From Ignavibacteriales bacterium (GTDB taxonomy: Bacteria > Bacteroidota > Ignavibacteria > UBA10030 > UBA6906): a stretch of 64,000 nucleotides of DNA. The notes beneath the pieces are model-generated. The model was not told the DNA's origin. It did not search any database and worked only from the letters and a program-made list of their open reading frames with translations. Below are positions 9,532-18,580 of the stretch, piece after piece (the stretch's first letter is position 1; each line of letters begins with the position of its first letter). Both the position numbers and the translations under genes were made by a program. The stretch spans positions 1 through 64,000 of the forward strand of contig JBBIRR010000024.1 of the NCBI GenBank assembly GCA_037441705.1, read 5' to 3'.

Positions 9532-10740
9532 ATGCTCAAATCCCTCATCAACAAAATCGAAGAGCTGTACGTCTTCAACATCTCGCAGTTTTTCTGGCAC
9601 ATTTTTGTTGCGCTGGCGGCGATGGGTATCGTCGGCGGAGTGCTTCTGCTTTTGTGGGGAATCATCCCCGCATTCAAATCTTCAGTTACAAAGGAGGAGT
9701 ATCCTCCGATGGTGACTGTTACCGCTGATGAGCTGAAGGCGGCACTTGCTCCGGCAAAGCGAACGGAACGCGAAGCACAATGGCAAGCACCACCGCAACA
9801 AGCCGTCGCACCGCCGGTCTCTGCTGAGGCATCACCGGAGGAAATCGCCTATCGTGCCTCGCTCGACGAAATGCAGCGCCTCATACCACCCGCAAAATAC
9901 AGTTGGGGGGCTGAAGGATACTATGAGTACCCATACGGATACCAGTATCCGCAGTATGCGCGGTGGATACGACGCTCCCCCGCCGTTCTGGATAGACTGG
10001 AGTCAGCCTTCTCGCAGGCAGGAATCACGACGTTCAGTGAGAAGAAGCAATTGCTGGACACACACATTGTTGTCGTCCGGCAGTTCAAAGAGGAGGCGCG
10101 CCTGCCAGTATGGAAGGCACTCATGACCTGGAACGGACGCAGTCTTTCACAGGCAATTTCCAACGCAAAGCTGTTAGGCACATTTGTGCCCAAGTTCTCT
10201 GCCGATCGCAGCGAATATGTCACGAAACTGGCAACATTCGGCGACAAGAATCCCAATGACGGCTACGCGTTGGTGGAATACATCGGGAAAGTGATCGAGA
10301 AGTTCCCCCAGGAGAAGCGCAATGATGCCCTCGCCGCGCTCATCAACGCGTACAATCGCTATTTCAATAATCGTGTCCGCGAGCAGATCGAGATAACGGA
10401 TAGCTTCTTCCCCATGTTGACGAGCTTCTCTAACGATCAAGCCGTGAAAGCGCTTGAGACATACTATCAACTCGCCGCGGAAAAGAACTACGAACGCAGC
10501 CAGACGATTGCGGCCATCGAAGCGAGGTATCGCGCCGAATTGATGAGGGCAGAGGCAGAGTACGAGGCTGCAAGAGCAAAGAAGGCTTCGTGGAGGCTCA
10601 ACGGACTGTATGGGATTGTAGGCGGGATTGTTGTCGTTGCGACCATTGCGCTCGTTCTGGTGCTTCTCTCGATTCAACGATATGTGCGACAGATTAACGA
10701 GCGGCTGAACACGACTGCCACGGCAACCGTCAAGCAGTGA
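9532..10740 (+). CDS. Hypothetical two-TM membrane protein with a large helical loop
   Basis: N- and C-terminal hydrophobic segments; AAGGTG RBS. Confidence 0.75.
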   Translation: MLKSLINKIEELYVFNISQFFWHIFVALAAMGIVGGVLLLLWGIIPAFKSSVTKEEYPPMVTVTADELKAALAPAKRTEREAQWQAPPQQAVAPPVSAEASPEEIAYRASLDEMQRLIPPAKYSWGAEGYYEYPYGYQYPQYARWIRRSPAVLDRLESAFSQAGITTFSEKKQLLDTHIVVVRQFKEEARLPVWKALMTWNGRSLSQAISNAKLLGTFVPKFSADRSEYVTKLATFGDKNPNDGYALVEYIGKVIEKFPQEKRNDALAALINAYNRYFNNRVREQIEITDSFFPMLTSFSNDQAVKALETYYQLAAEKNYERSQTIAAIEARYRAELMRAEAEYEAARAKKASWRLNGLYGIVGGIVVVATIALVLVLLSIQRYVRQINERLNTTATATVKQ

Positions 10741-10816
10741 CAACGTGCGCGGTGAAAAGGAGATTTGTTGATGAAACCGTCGTAACGCTCAGCAACCGCC
10801 GCCTTTGCTCGCAGCA

Positions 10817-10855
10817 CAAAAACAAATCGGTCCCGCTGCGCGTGCAACGGGACCG
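10817..10855 (-). terminator. Rho-independent terminator
   Basis: CGGTCCCGTTGC-ACGC-GCAGCGGGACCG followed by ATTTGTTTTT; the G.U pair forms only on the minus strand. Confidence 0.85.
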
Positions 10856-10886
10856 TCTACAGAACTGAAGCCTTGCAAAGCTCTCG

Positions 10887-10925
10887 CTAGCAAGCTTTGC
10901 GCGAGGCTCCTATGTTAATCTTCAA
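10887..10925 (-). CDS. 12-aa micropeptide MKINIGASRKAC (TTG start)
   Basis: GAGGTG Shine-Dalgarno 8 nt upstream of TTG; TAG stop; lies between a promoter and a terminator. Confidence 0.55.
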   Translation of the reverse strand: MKINIGASRKAC

Positions 10926-11012
10926 GTGAGAACCACCTCGCTTTCCCAGGGTCACCACATCGTACCGAATATCCCCCTGAAGAATACCCGGTACAGCGTG
11001 AACTCCGTTTAC

Positions 11013-11041
11013 AATGTACTTTGCCCATCACACAAAGTCAA
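11013..11041 (-). promoter_or_regulatory. Sigma70-type promoter for the small transcript
   Basis: TTGACT-17 nt-TACATT. Confidence 0.6.
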
Positions 11042-11071
11042 GTCTTGATCGTGCATGCCATCACAGGCGCT

Positions 11072-11620
11072 TCAGCGTGCAGCTTCGATCGTTGGCGTGT
11101 AACTCCCCACGTACACACGATCGCTCGGCGTGCGGCAATCGCGAAAGTAGTTTTCGAGCGAGAATCGTACCGAGCTGAAGGCGATCTCGTTCCACCGCAC
11201 GTCGGACTCACGAAACAGTTGTGTACGTTCCGTCTCCGCCCCCGGGAAGAAATCACGATTCTTCAGGCGCGCGAGAAAGAAGAGATACACCTGCCCGATA
11301 CTGGGGATGCTGTACACCGAAAAGAGCCGAACGATATCCACTTCAGCGTGTGCTTCTTCGAGCGTCTCGCGCACGGCACCCTCTTCGACGGTTTCGCCTG
11401 TTTCGAGAAACCCTGCCGGCAGTGTCCAATAGCCGCTGCGGGGTTCGTTTGCGCGTTTGCAGAGAAGCACCTGTTCTTCCCATACCGGTAAACATCCGAC
11501 AATGAGCCGTGGGTTTTCGTAGTGAACCGTGTTGCACGCGTCGCACACGAAGCGCGGACGATGATCGCCGGGTGGTACGCGCCGCTGCACGGGCTTGCCG
11601 CATTCGCTGCAGTAGTTCAT
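11072..11620 (-). CDS. Nudix hydrolase with N-terminal zinc ribbon
   Basis: MNYCSECG...CDAC; [21 protein letters not shown] Nudix box. Confidence 0.9.
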   Translation of the reverse strand: MNYCSECGKPVQRRVPPGDHRPRFVCDACNTVHYENPRLIVGCLPVWEEQVLLCKRANEPRSGYWTLPAGFLETGETVEEGAVRETLEEAHAEVDIVRLFSVYSIPSIGQVYLFFLARLKNRDFFPGAETERTQLFRESDVRWNEIAFSSVRFSLENYFRDCRTPSDRVYVGSYTPTIEAAR

Positions 11621-12027
11621 GCCTCCTCGACCATCGGGCGCGCAGTCGTTGCCAGAAAGAAGCGTCCGATCATGACATCGAACGTTTCGCCGTCTTCCCG
11701 CTGCATTCGGAACGATCCTTCCATCGTTCCCCATTCCGTATCCAGCGGACAGAAACTCGTGTACTCGAAGTGTTCACCTGGTCCCAGGCTGGGAAACTTT
11801 CCGACGACGCCCGGACCCTGGACATCCTCCCGGTCGCCGCTGCCGTTGATGATGACCCAATGGCGCGAGAGCAATCGAACCCGCTGCGTTCCTTCGTTGG
11901 TGATGCCGATGCGATACGCAAACACGTATTTCCGTGCAGCAGGCTGCGATTGATCCGGCATGTACAAAGCCGCTGCACGCACGCGAACGCCTTCGGTAAC
12001 CGTCTCCGATGAGAGTTTGGTGGGCAT
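11617..12027 (-). CDS. apaG: ApaG protein
   Basis: YVFAYRIGI...LLSRHWVII...GPGVVG...YTSFCPL...GTMEGSF. Confidence 0.92.
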   Translation of the reverse strand: MPTKLSSETVTEGVRVRAAALYMPDQSQPAARKYVFAYRIGITNEGTQRVRLLSRHWVIINGSGDREDVQGPGVVGKFPSLGPGEHFEYTSFCPLDTEWGTMEGSFRMQREDGETFDVMIGRFFLATTARPMVEEA

Positions 12028-12047
12028 GCTTCCCTCAGAATGATGCA

Positions 12048-13424
12048 TTACTCAATGTAATCGAGATGTTTGCTGATCAAGATGTCAGCCCGATGGAGGT
12101 CGAGGTCCTCGGGCCGCGTAATTGTTTCCGATAATTGATCTAAGATCTGTTCCTGAATCGCACCGCGCGCCTGGGCGACGGAGTAAGGAATCCGCCGGAA
12201 CGTCACCATCGTGTACTTCGGAATGAACAGGCCCGGATAATGCCGTGCGAGAATGCGCTCGATCTGCTTCTTGAGCTGAAACTTCGCTCGCGCTACATGG
12301 TCGCGCATTTCCACAAAGTTTTCAACTGCGAGATCGGCAATGGCGTCGGTATCCTTCTTCCTCATCTTTTCGAATTCGGTGTAGAGTTGGTCCCATCTCA
12401 CTTTCTCCGGCGAGCGACCGATCGACATCTGCCGCTCGAGCAGGAGATTCAGGTACGTGCAATCTTCGAACGCACAGTTCATCCCCTGTCCAAAGAAGGG
12501 AACGATGGCATGCGCCGCATCGCCGAGCAACAGCACTTTGCCATCCACATGCCACGGCAGTCCTTTGACCGTGACCATCGATCCGGTGGGATGCTCGAAA
12601 AATTCCTGAACGAAGTCGGGCATCAAGGGCACCACGTCGGGGAATTGCTCTTTGAAGAATGCGAGCACTCGTTCTTCCGTGTTGAGAGTCTCAAAGCTGA
12701 TCTCCCCCTTGTGGGGAAAGAAGAACGTGCAGGTAAAGCTGCCGTCAAGGTTCGGCAGCGCGATCAGCATGTACGTTGTGCGGGGCCAGATGTGCAGCGC
12801 ATTTTTTTCGATGATGTGCTTGCCGTTGGGTCCCGACGGAATCGTCAGCTCCTTGTAGCCGTAGTCCAAATACTCGAGGGTGAACGTGCTGATGCCCTTC
12901 TCCACCATCGCCGTGCGGATGGCAGAGGCCGAGCCGTCGGCACCGATGACCGTCTTCGGAAGAACGGTAAACTCCTCTCCCGTCTGTTCATGGACGATCT
13001 GCACTTCGCCTGTCTCGAGATTCATGCCCGTGCAGCGCGCGTTGAAGTTGATGTGCAGGTTCTTGTGTTTCTCGGCGGCGTTCATCAAGAACTTGTTCAG
13101 TTCCGCTCGCGACACGGCGTAGATCACCTCCTGCTCGTCGAGGCCGTACCGTTGAAGGAACACCTCACCGCTCACAGGATGCACCATGCGTCCGCGCATC
13201 GGGATAGCGATGCGCAACACTTTCTCGGCGAGCCCCACTTCCCGCAAGGCGTGAATGCCGCGCACGGAGAGCGCAAGGTTGATCGAGCGGCCGCCGCCGA
13301 CGTCGGTTGTACGCATATCGCCGCGGCGCTCGTACAACTGCACGTGAAAATTTCTGCGTGCGAGGTAGATGCCCAGAAGCGAACCGGCAAGGCCCGCCCC
13401 GATGATGACGACGCTGTTTTTCAT
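12048..13424 (-). CDS. kmo: Kynurenine 3-monooxygenase
   Basis: GAGLAG, GRSINLALSVRG, ALHIWPR, GDAAHAIVPFFGQGMN. Confidence 0.93.
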   Translation of the reverse strand: MKNSVVIIGAGLAGSLLGIYLARRNFHVQLYERRGDMRTTDVGGGRSINLALSVRGIHALREVGLAEKVLRIAIPMRGRMVHPVSGEVFLQRYGLDEQEVIYAVSRAELNKFLMNAAEKHKNLHINFNARCTGMNLETGEVQIVHEQTGEEFTVLPKTVIGADGSASAIRTAMVEKGISTFTLEYLDYGYKELTIPSGPNGKHIIEKNALHIWPRTTYMLIALPNLDGSFTCTFFFPHKGEISFETLNTEERVLAFFKEQFPDVVPLMPDFVQEFFEHPTGSMVTVKGLPWHVDGKVLLLGDAAHAIVPFFGQGMNCAFEDCTYLNLLLERQMSIGRSPEKVRWDQLYTEFEKMRKKDTDAIADLAVENFVEMRDHVARAKFQLKKQIERILARHYPGLFIPKYTMVTFRRIPYSVAQARGAIQEQILDQLSETITRPEDLDLHRADILISKHLDYIE

Positions 13425-13443
13425 TGTGCGCTTCCCTCTGCAG

Positions 13444-14730
13444 TCACGTCCATGAAAACTGTCCAAGGATGTCGGCAAATCTCCACACATCCGCAAACGA
13501 ATTGTACAGCGGCACGGGCGCGAGACGGATGACGTTCGGCTCGCGCCAGTCGCACACAACGCCGTGATGTGTCAAGTGCTCGAAGAGTGCTTTCCCGCCC
13601 TTGCTTACCAGAAGAGACAACTGACAGCCGCGTTGCTGAGGATCGCCGGGTGTGATGATTCTGAAACGCCCTTCGCCATGGCGGCGAAGCAAGAACTCTG
13701 TGTAGCTCGTCAAGCGTATGCTCTTTTCGCGCAGCGCCTCCATGCCGACCTCTTCGAAGATCGCCATCGACGCGCGAAGAGACGCAAGCGGGAGAATCGG
13801 TGGATTGCTCACCTGCCAACCCTCGGCACCGGGAATCGGATCGAACGTCGGACCCATAGAAAAACGGATGTGTTTGTTCTGTCCCCACCATCCGGCAAAG
13901 CGCGGCAGGTCGGGACGGTGTGCGTAGCGCTCGTGCACGAAACACCCTGCGATGCTTCCGGGTCCCGCATTGAGATATTTGTACGAACACCAGACGGCGA
14001 AATCTACATTCCACTCATGAAGCTTCAACGGAAGATTGCCTGCGGCATGGGCGAGATCAAACCCGACGAGACAGCCCTGCGCCTGAGCGGCGCGCGTGAT
14101 GCGCTCCATGTCGAACGCCTGACCCGTGTAGTAGTTCACGCCGCCCAGGAGCACAAGCGCGATTTCCTCGCCGTCTGCTTCAAGCACATCTTCGATGTCT
14201 TCTGTGCGCAGCGTGGCTTCGCCGAACCGCGGCTGAAGTTCGATGAGCGATCGTTTGGGATCGAAGCCGTGAAATCGGATTTGCGATTCGACAGCGTAGC
14301 GATCCGACGGGAAGGCATGTGCCTCGATGACGATCTTGTGCCGGCGCGTCGTCGGGCGGTAGAACGAGACGAGCATGAGATGCAAGTTCACCGTCAGCGT
14401 ATTCATCACCACCACCTCGATGGGTTTGGCGCCGACCAGCCGCGCTGTTTGCTCCGTCAGCAATTCGTGGTACGGCATCCACGGATTGCGCGCGTGGAAA
14501 TGCCCCTCGACTCCCCATCGTGCCCAGTCCTCTAACTCCTGCTCGACGTATGTCCGAACGGTTGTCGGCTGCAACCCGAGCGAGTTGCCGCACAGATAAA
14601 TCACCTCGTTGCCGTCCCGACCTTTGGGAATCAAGAAGCGGTCGCGATAGTGCCTCAGCGGATCGTCGGCATCAAGCTGCTCGGCAAAACGCCTGTCATC
14701 GGAGAATGTCATGTGGTGGTTCTTACTCAT
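13444..14730 (-). CDS. kynU: Kynureninase
   Basis: YLCGNSLGLQP, DLAHAAGN, WCSYKYLNAGPG, AGWWG. Confidence 0.95.
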   Translation of the reverse strand: MSKNHHMTFSDDRRFAEQLDADDPLRHYRDRFLIPKGRDGNEVIYLCGNSLGLQPTTVRTYVEQELEDWARWGVEGHFHARNPWMPYHELLTEQTARLVGAKPIEVVVMNTLTVNLHLMLVSFYRPTTRRHKIVIEAHAFPSDRYAVESQIRFHGFDPKRSLIELQPRFGEATLRTEDIEDVLEADGEEIALVLLGGVNYYTGQAFDMERITRAAQAQGCLVGFDLAHAAGNLPLKLHEWNVDFAVWCSYKYLNAGPGSIAGCFVHERYAHRPDLPRFAGWWGQNKHIRFSMGPTFDPIPGAEGWQVSNPPILPLASLRASMAIFEEVGMEALREKSIRLTSYTEFLLRRHGEGRFRIITPGDPQQRGCQLSLLVSKGGKALFEHLTHHGVVCDWREPNVIRLAPVPLYNSFADVWRFADILGQFSWT

Positions 14731-15934
14731 CAAACTCAAAATCTTCCAGCTCGGGGATATTGGTAAATGCAATCCGCGTGGGGGCCGCGTGCCCGCTCAC
14801 ACCGCCGAAATGCACCGCCATCTTTCCGTACTTCGCATTCAGTTTGTCCATAGCGAGCGCCAGACCCGTTCGCTTCTCTTCATCAAACATTCCAAAGTTG
14901 TGGAGATGATCGGGGACGAGGTTGTACAGCGTGACGCCGACCGCCAACGGCTTTGCTCCTTTCGGAAATCCATTCCACAGCTTCTGAAGCGCTTCGAGCA
15001 ACGTCAACGTGTCGTTGCACTCCACAAAGTTGACGTGTGTTTCCCATTTCGGCCGATTGAGGAATTTGACGAACAGGGCGAGACTCGAGCACCAGTAGTT
15101 CAGGCGCCGGAGACGCGCTGCCGCTTTATGCACGAGTTTCTGTGCAACGGCGTATGCACCCTCCGGAGTTCGTTCCTTCGGCGGCAGAACGTGTGAATGC
15201 CCTACCGTTCGCCGCTGCGTTTCAAAACCTTCGACATCCTCGCCGCGCAGCAGATGGTAGAATCGCGCGCCGACCACCCCGCCCCAGATTTTTCGCATCG
15301 TTTGTTCCGAACATTCTAACAGTTGCTTTGCGGTGTAAATCTCGTACGCCTGCAAGCGTTTCTCCATCCTCGGCCCGATGCCGGGAAAATCTCGCGTCTG
15401 CAATGGGTAGAGAATGTCGGGCAAATCCTTTTGCTCGATTACGACAAGCCCGTCCGGCTTCTGCATGTCGCTGGCAACTTTTGCCAGAAAGCGGTTCGGC
15501 GCCAGACCAATGGAGCAGCGAAGCGTCGAGCCCACTTTTTCTCTGATAGTTTGTTTGATGAGCAGAGCAAGTTTCGTTGCCTTCTCAACATCCTGCTGAC
15601 TTCCAGTGAGTTTGCACGCCATCTCATCAATGGAAACCACAGCGTGAATAGGAATGCAGGCCTCCACCGCTTCGACAATCCGATGATGATACCGGACGTA
15701 TTCCTCATGCCGCGCCTGCACCAGGATCAAACCCGGACACATCCTCTTGGCCTCATCCACCCGCGTTCCCGTCTTGACACCGAACGCCTTCGCTTCGTAA
15801 CTCGCAGCGATGCAGAACGTCGTATCGGCCATCAGCGGAACCACGGCAACAGGTTTGCAGCGCAGTTCCGGTCGAAGTTCCTGCTCGACAGAGGCGAAGT
15901 AGGAGTTCAAATCCAGAAACAACCAGCTCACCAT
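14723..15934 (-). CDS. dinB: Y-family DNA polymerase (Pol IV/DinB)
   Basis: LDLNSYFASVEQ, AASYEAKAFGV, SIDE, LAKVASDMQKPDGL. Confidence 0.9.
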   Translation of the reverse strand: MVSWLFLDLNSYFASVEQELRPELRCKPVAVVPLMADTTFCIAASYEAKAFGVKTGTRVDEAKRMCPGLILVQARHEEYVRYHHRIVEAVEACIPIHAVVSIDEMACKLTGSQQDVEKATKLALLIKQTIREKVGSTLRCSIGLAPNRFLAKVASDMQKPDGLVVIEQKDLPDILYPLQTRDFPGIGPRMEKRLQAYEIYTAKQLLECSEQTMRKIWGGVVGARFYHLLRGEDVEGFETQRRTVGHSHVLPPKERTPEGAYAVAQKLVHKAAARLRRLNYWCSSLALFVKFLNRPKWETHVNFVECNDTLTLLEALQKLWNGFPKGAKPLAVGVTLYNLVPDHLHNFGMFDEEKRTGLALAMDKLNAKYGKMAVHFGGVSGHAAPTRIAFTNIPELEDFEFDE

Positions 15935-15941
15935 GGAGTCA

Positions 15942-16955
15942 TCAATCCATCCTTCCTCCATTTCTTCCCAACCAGCGCAGCGCATTCAGCGAGTAGAGCT
16001 TCTCTTTCGTTTGATGATCGAGATCGGTCATCTGCTCGATGAGGCTGCCGGGTCGCTGCTCGCCGAGCGGGAACGGATAATCGGAACCGAGAACAACATG
16101 GTCGTCGCCCACCAGCTCGAGGATGTACTTCAGCATCCTTCGATCGTGGACGAGCGAGTCGAGATAAAACCTGCCGAGATAGCGTCGGGGATTGTGCGGA
16201 TTGTCCACGCCACACAGGTCGGGGCGAACGTTGAAGCCGTGTTCGATGCGGCCGAGCGTGCCGGGGAACGCGCCGCCGCCGTGTGCGAATGCCACGCGCA
16301 GATTCGGCAGGCGTTCGAAGACACCGCCGAAGATCATCGTGCAGATGGCAAGCGAGACTTCCGCCGGCATGCCGACGAGCCACGGCAGCCAGTACTTCGG
16401 CATGCGGTCCTTCCCCATCATATCCCAGGGATGGACGAAAACGGCGGCGCCGAGTTCCGCCGCGGCTTGAAAGATGGGAAAGAGATGTTTGTCGTCCAGG
16501 TTCCAATCGTTGACGTGCGTGCCGATTTCGACGCCGGCAAGATGAAGCTCCTTGACGCATCGTTCGAGTTCCTTCACGGCAAGCTCGGGCGCCTGCATCG
16601 GGATCGTTCCCAACCCGATGAAACGATCCGGCGCGGACGCAACAACGCTTGCAATGTGGTCGTTGAGAAATCGCGAAAGGTCCAGTGCATCCTGTCCTTT
16701 CGCCCAGTAACTGAACATCACCGGCACGGTGGAAAGAACCTGAACGCTCACCCCCTGCTTATCGCAGTCGTGCAAGCGAACGTGTGCATCCCAGAGATTC
16801 TCCTCCACGTCGCGGAAATGTTTGTCGTCAATCATCATTCTCGCACAGCCCGGGGCGTAATGCTCCATGCGCACCCAGCCGCCGTAGCCGTACTTCTCCT
16901 TCAAGTCAGGCCAGTTCTTCGGAAGAATATGCGTGTGAATGTCTATCTTCATCAT
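15942..16955 (-). CDS. nbaD: 2-amino-3-carboxymuconate-6-semialdehyde decarboxylase (ACMSD)
   Basis: IDIHTH, FVHPWDM, PWLVGMPAE, AHGGGAF, GSDYPFPLGE. Confidence 0.92.
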   Translation of the reverse strand: MMKIDIHTHILPKNWPDLKEKYGYGGWVRMEHYAPGCARMMIDDKHFRDVEENLWDAHVRLHDCDKQGVSVQVLSTVPVMFSYWAKGQDALDLSRFLNDHIASVVASAPDRFIGLGTIPMQAPELAVKELERCVKELHLAGVEIGTHVNDWNLDDKHLFPIFQAAAELGAAVFVHPWDMMGKDRMPKYWLPWLVGMPAEVSLAICTMIFGGVFERLPNLRVAFAHGGGAFPGTLGRIEHGFNVRPDLCGVDNPHNPRRYLGRFYLDSLVHDRRMLKYILELVGDDHVVLGSDYPFPLGEQRPGSLIEQMTDLDHQTKEKLYSLNALRWLGRNGGRMD

Positions 16956-17154
16956 CGAATCTGTGAACAAGAAGAGGAAGGGCGCGCAGGCTGCTCAACC
17001 TCCACGCAGCTGAACGCTCCACGACACAGCGGCCAGCAAACGGTCCGTCAACGCCCGCCGCACCGAGAACAATCTACCACCTCCCGGTTCGAGTGGCAAC
17101 GCAGAGACGTCAACGCAAGCGACCAATGCTCGCCTGCGTCGACGCGTTGTGGCA

Positions 17155-17679
17155 TTACGCCGGCTTCGGCGGCCGCTCCATTTTGGTGCCGCAGTTCTTA
17201 CACGTGCAGTTGGCTTCGTTGCCGTAGAAGCGATCGAAGATCGGCGGCAGTTGTGTAACAATGTTGGTGAGCTGCACATACTCTTCATACAACTTGCTGC
17301 CGCATTTTTCACAATACCAGAGGAAGCCATCGAGTTCGCCGGGCTGACGCTTCCGTTCAATGACCAATCCGACCGTATTTGCAGGGCGCTGCGGCGAGTG
17401 CGGCACCTTCGGCGGCAGCAGGAAGATCTCACCCTGCCTGATCGGGATGTCCTTAGGCTTGCCGTCGTCAATCACTTTCAGCGTGATGTCGCCCTCGAGT
17501 TGGTAGAAGAACTCCTCGCCTTCGTCATAGTGATAGTCCTTGCGCGCATTCGGTCCGCCGACCACCATGATGATGAAGTCGGCATCCTCATACACCAACT
17601 TGTTGCCGACCGGCGGCTTGAGAAGATGACGATGTTCGTCAATCCACGCCTTGAAGTTGATAGGGGGTGTGAGTGCCAT
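17155..17679 (-). CDS. nbaC: 3-hydroxyanthranilate 3,4-dioxygenase
   Basis: [24 protein letters not shown], CxxC pairs. Confidence 0.95.
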   Translation of the reverse strand: MALTPPINFKAWIDEHRHLLKPPVGNKLVYEDADFIIMVVGGPNARKDYHYDEGEEFFYQLEGDITLKVIDDGKPKDIPIRQGEIFLLPPKVPHSPQRPANTVGLVIERKRQPGELDGFLWYCEKCGSKLYEEYVQLTNIVTQLPPIFDRFYGNEANCTCKNCGTKMERPPKPA

Positions 17680-17706
17680 AGAGCCTCCGTATTATGTTTG
17701 TAGAGT

Positions 17707-17991
17707 TCATAGGGGTTGGCTGCGCTCGGTGTCTGCCACATAGCAGACGAAGCCTGAAATCATCCTTGAGATTTCGTCGCATGCTCCGTAGAGGGCTTTG
17801 AAAAAGCATCGGTGATGTAGTGTTGGCCGAGAGCAACGAACAGCAATGATTGAACCTCAGCTACAGATTCTTGGGAGATAGAAAGGAAGCGAGCAAACTC
17901 CCTTGTTCGTTCTACGTGCAAACCCTTCGGAAACAAACGCCCGCGCCTTCTGCCACGCCATAATATCTTCAAATGGTTCAAACTTCGCCAC
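17707..17991 (-). pseudogene. Four-helix-bundle (IVP/S23-like) protein remnant
   Basis: MAKFEPFEDIMAWQKARAFV is joined directly to EGFARRTNK, then shifts frame to EFARFLSISQESVAEVQSLL. Confidence 0.75.
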
Positions 17992-18079
17992 GGGGACCTC
18001 CGCTGTAATGGATTGGCTCCCCTGAATTCTCACACTCTACAACTCTATACCCTCTATAAACTCGACAACCTCCATAAAC

Positions 18080-18496
18080 TCACAACGTTGCGATCACCTT
18101 AAGTTCAATGGCGATCGGTGTCGGCAGCGCGCCCACCTCGACGGTCGTACGGCACGGCTGATTATCTTTGAAGTACTCGGCATAGATACGATTGAAGGTG
18201 GCGAAGTCCTTTTTCATGTTCGTAAGAAAAACCGTGACGTCCACAATCTTGTCCCAACTCGATCCGGCATCCTCCAGAATCATCCTGACATTCTTGAAAA
18301 CAGAATGGCATTGGGCTTCAATGTCGTAGGAGAGGATGGTTCCGTTGGCGTCCAGTTCGACGCCGGGAATCTTGGTGAAGCCTTTTTCTCGCGGCCCGAT
18401 CCCCGAAAGAAAAAGCAAATTGCCGACACGCCGTGCGTGAGGGTAAGGCCCTACAGGCTCAGGAGCGCGTGAAGAGATGAATTCGTTCGCAGACAT
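18080..18496 (-). CDS. RidA-family protein, likely 2-aminomuconate deaminase
   Basis: APEPVGPYPHARRVGNLLFLSGIGP, PCRTTVEV; operon context. Confidence 0.85.
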   Translation of the reverse strand: MSANEFISSRAPEPVGPYPHARRVGNLLFLSGIGPREKGFTKIPGVELDANGTILSYDIEAQCHSVFKNVRMILEDAGSSWDKIVDVTVFLTNMKKDFATFNRIYAEYFKDNQPCRTTVEVGALPTPIAIELKVIATL

Positions 18497-18580
18497 TTGC
18501 AATCGAATATCCTTCAAGAGGAACGGTCAAGAGACGCCAGACGTTGGTTCGCATCTTCTGCATCAATCCAACTTCCATTG

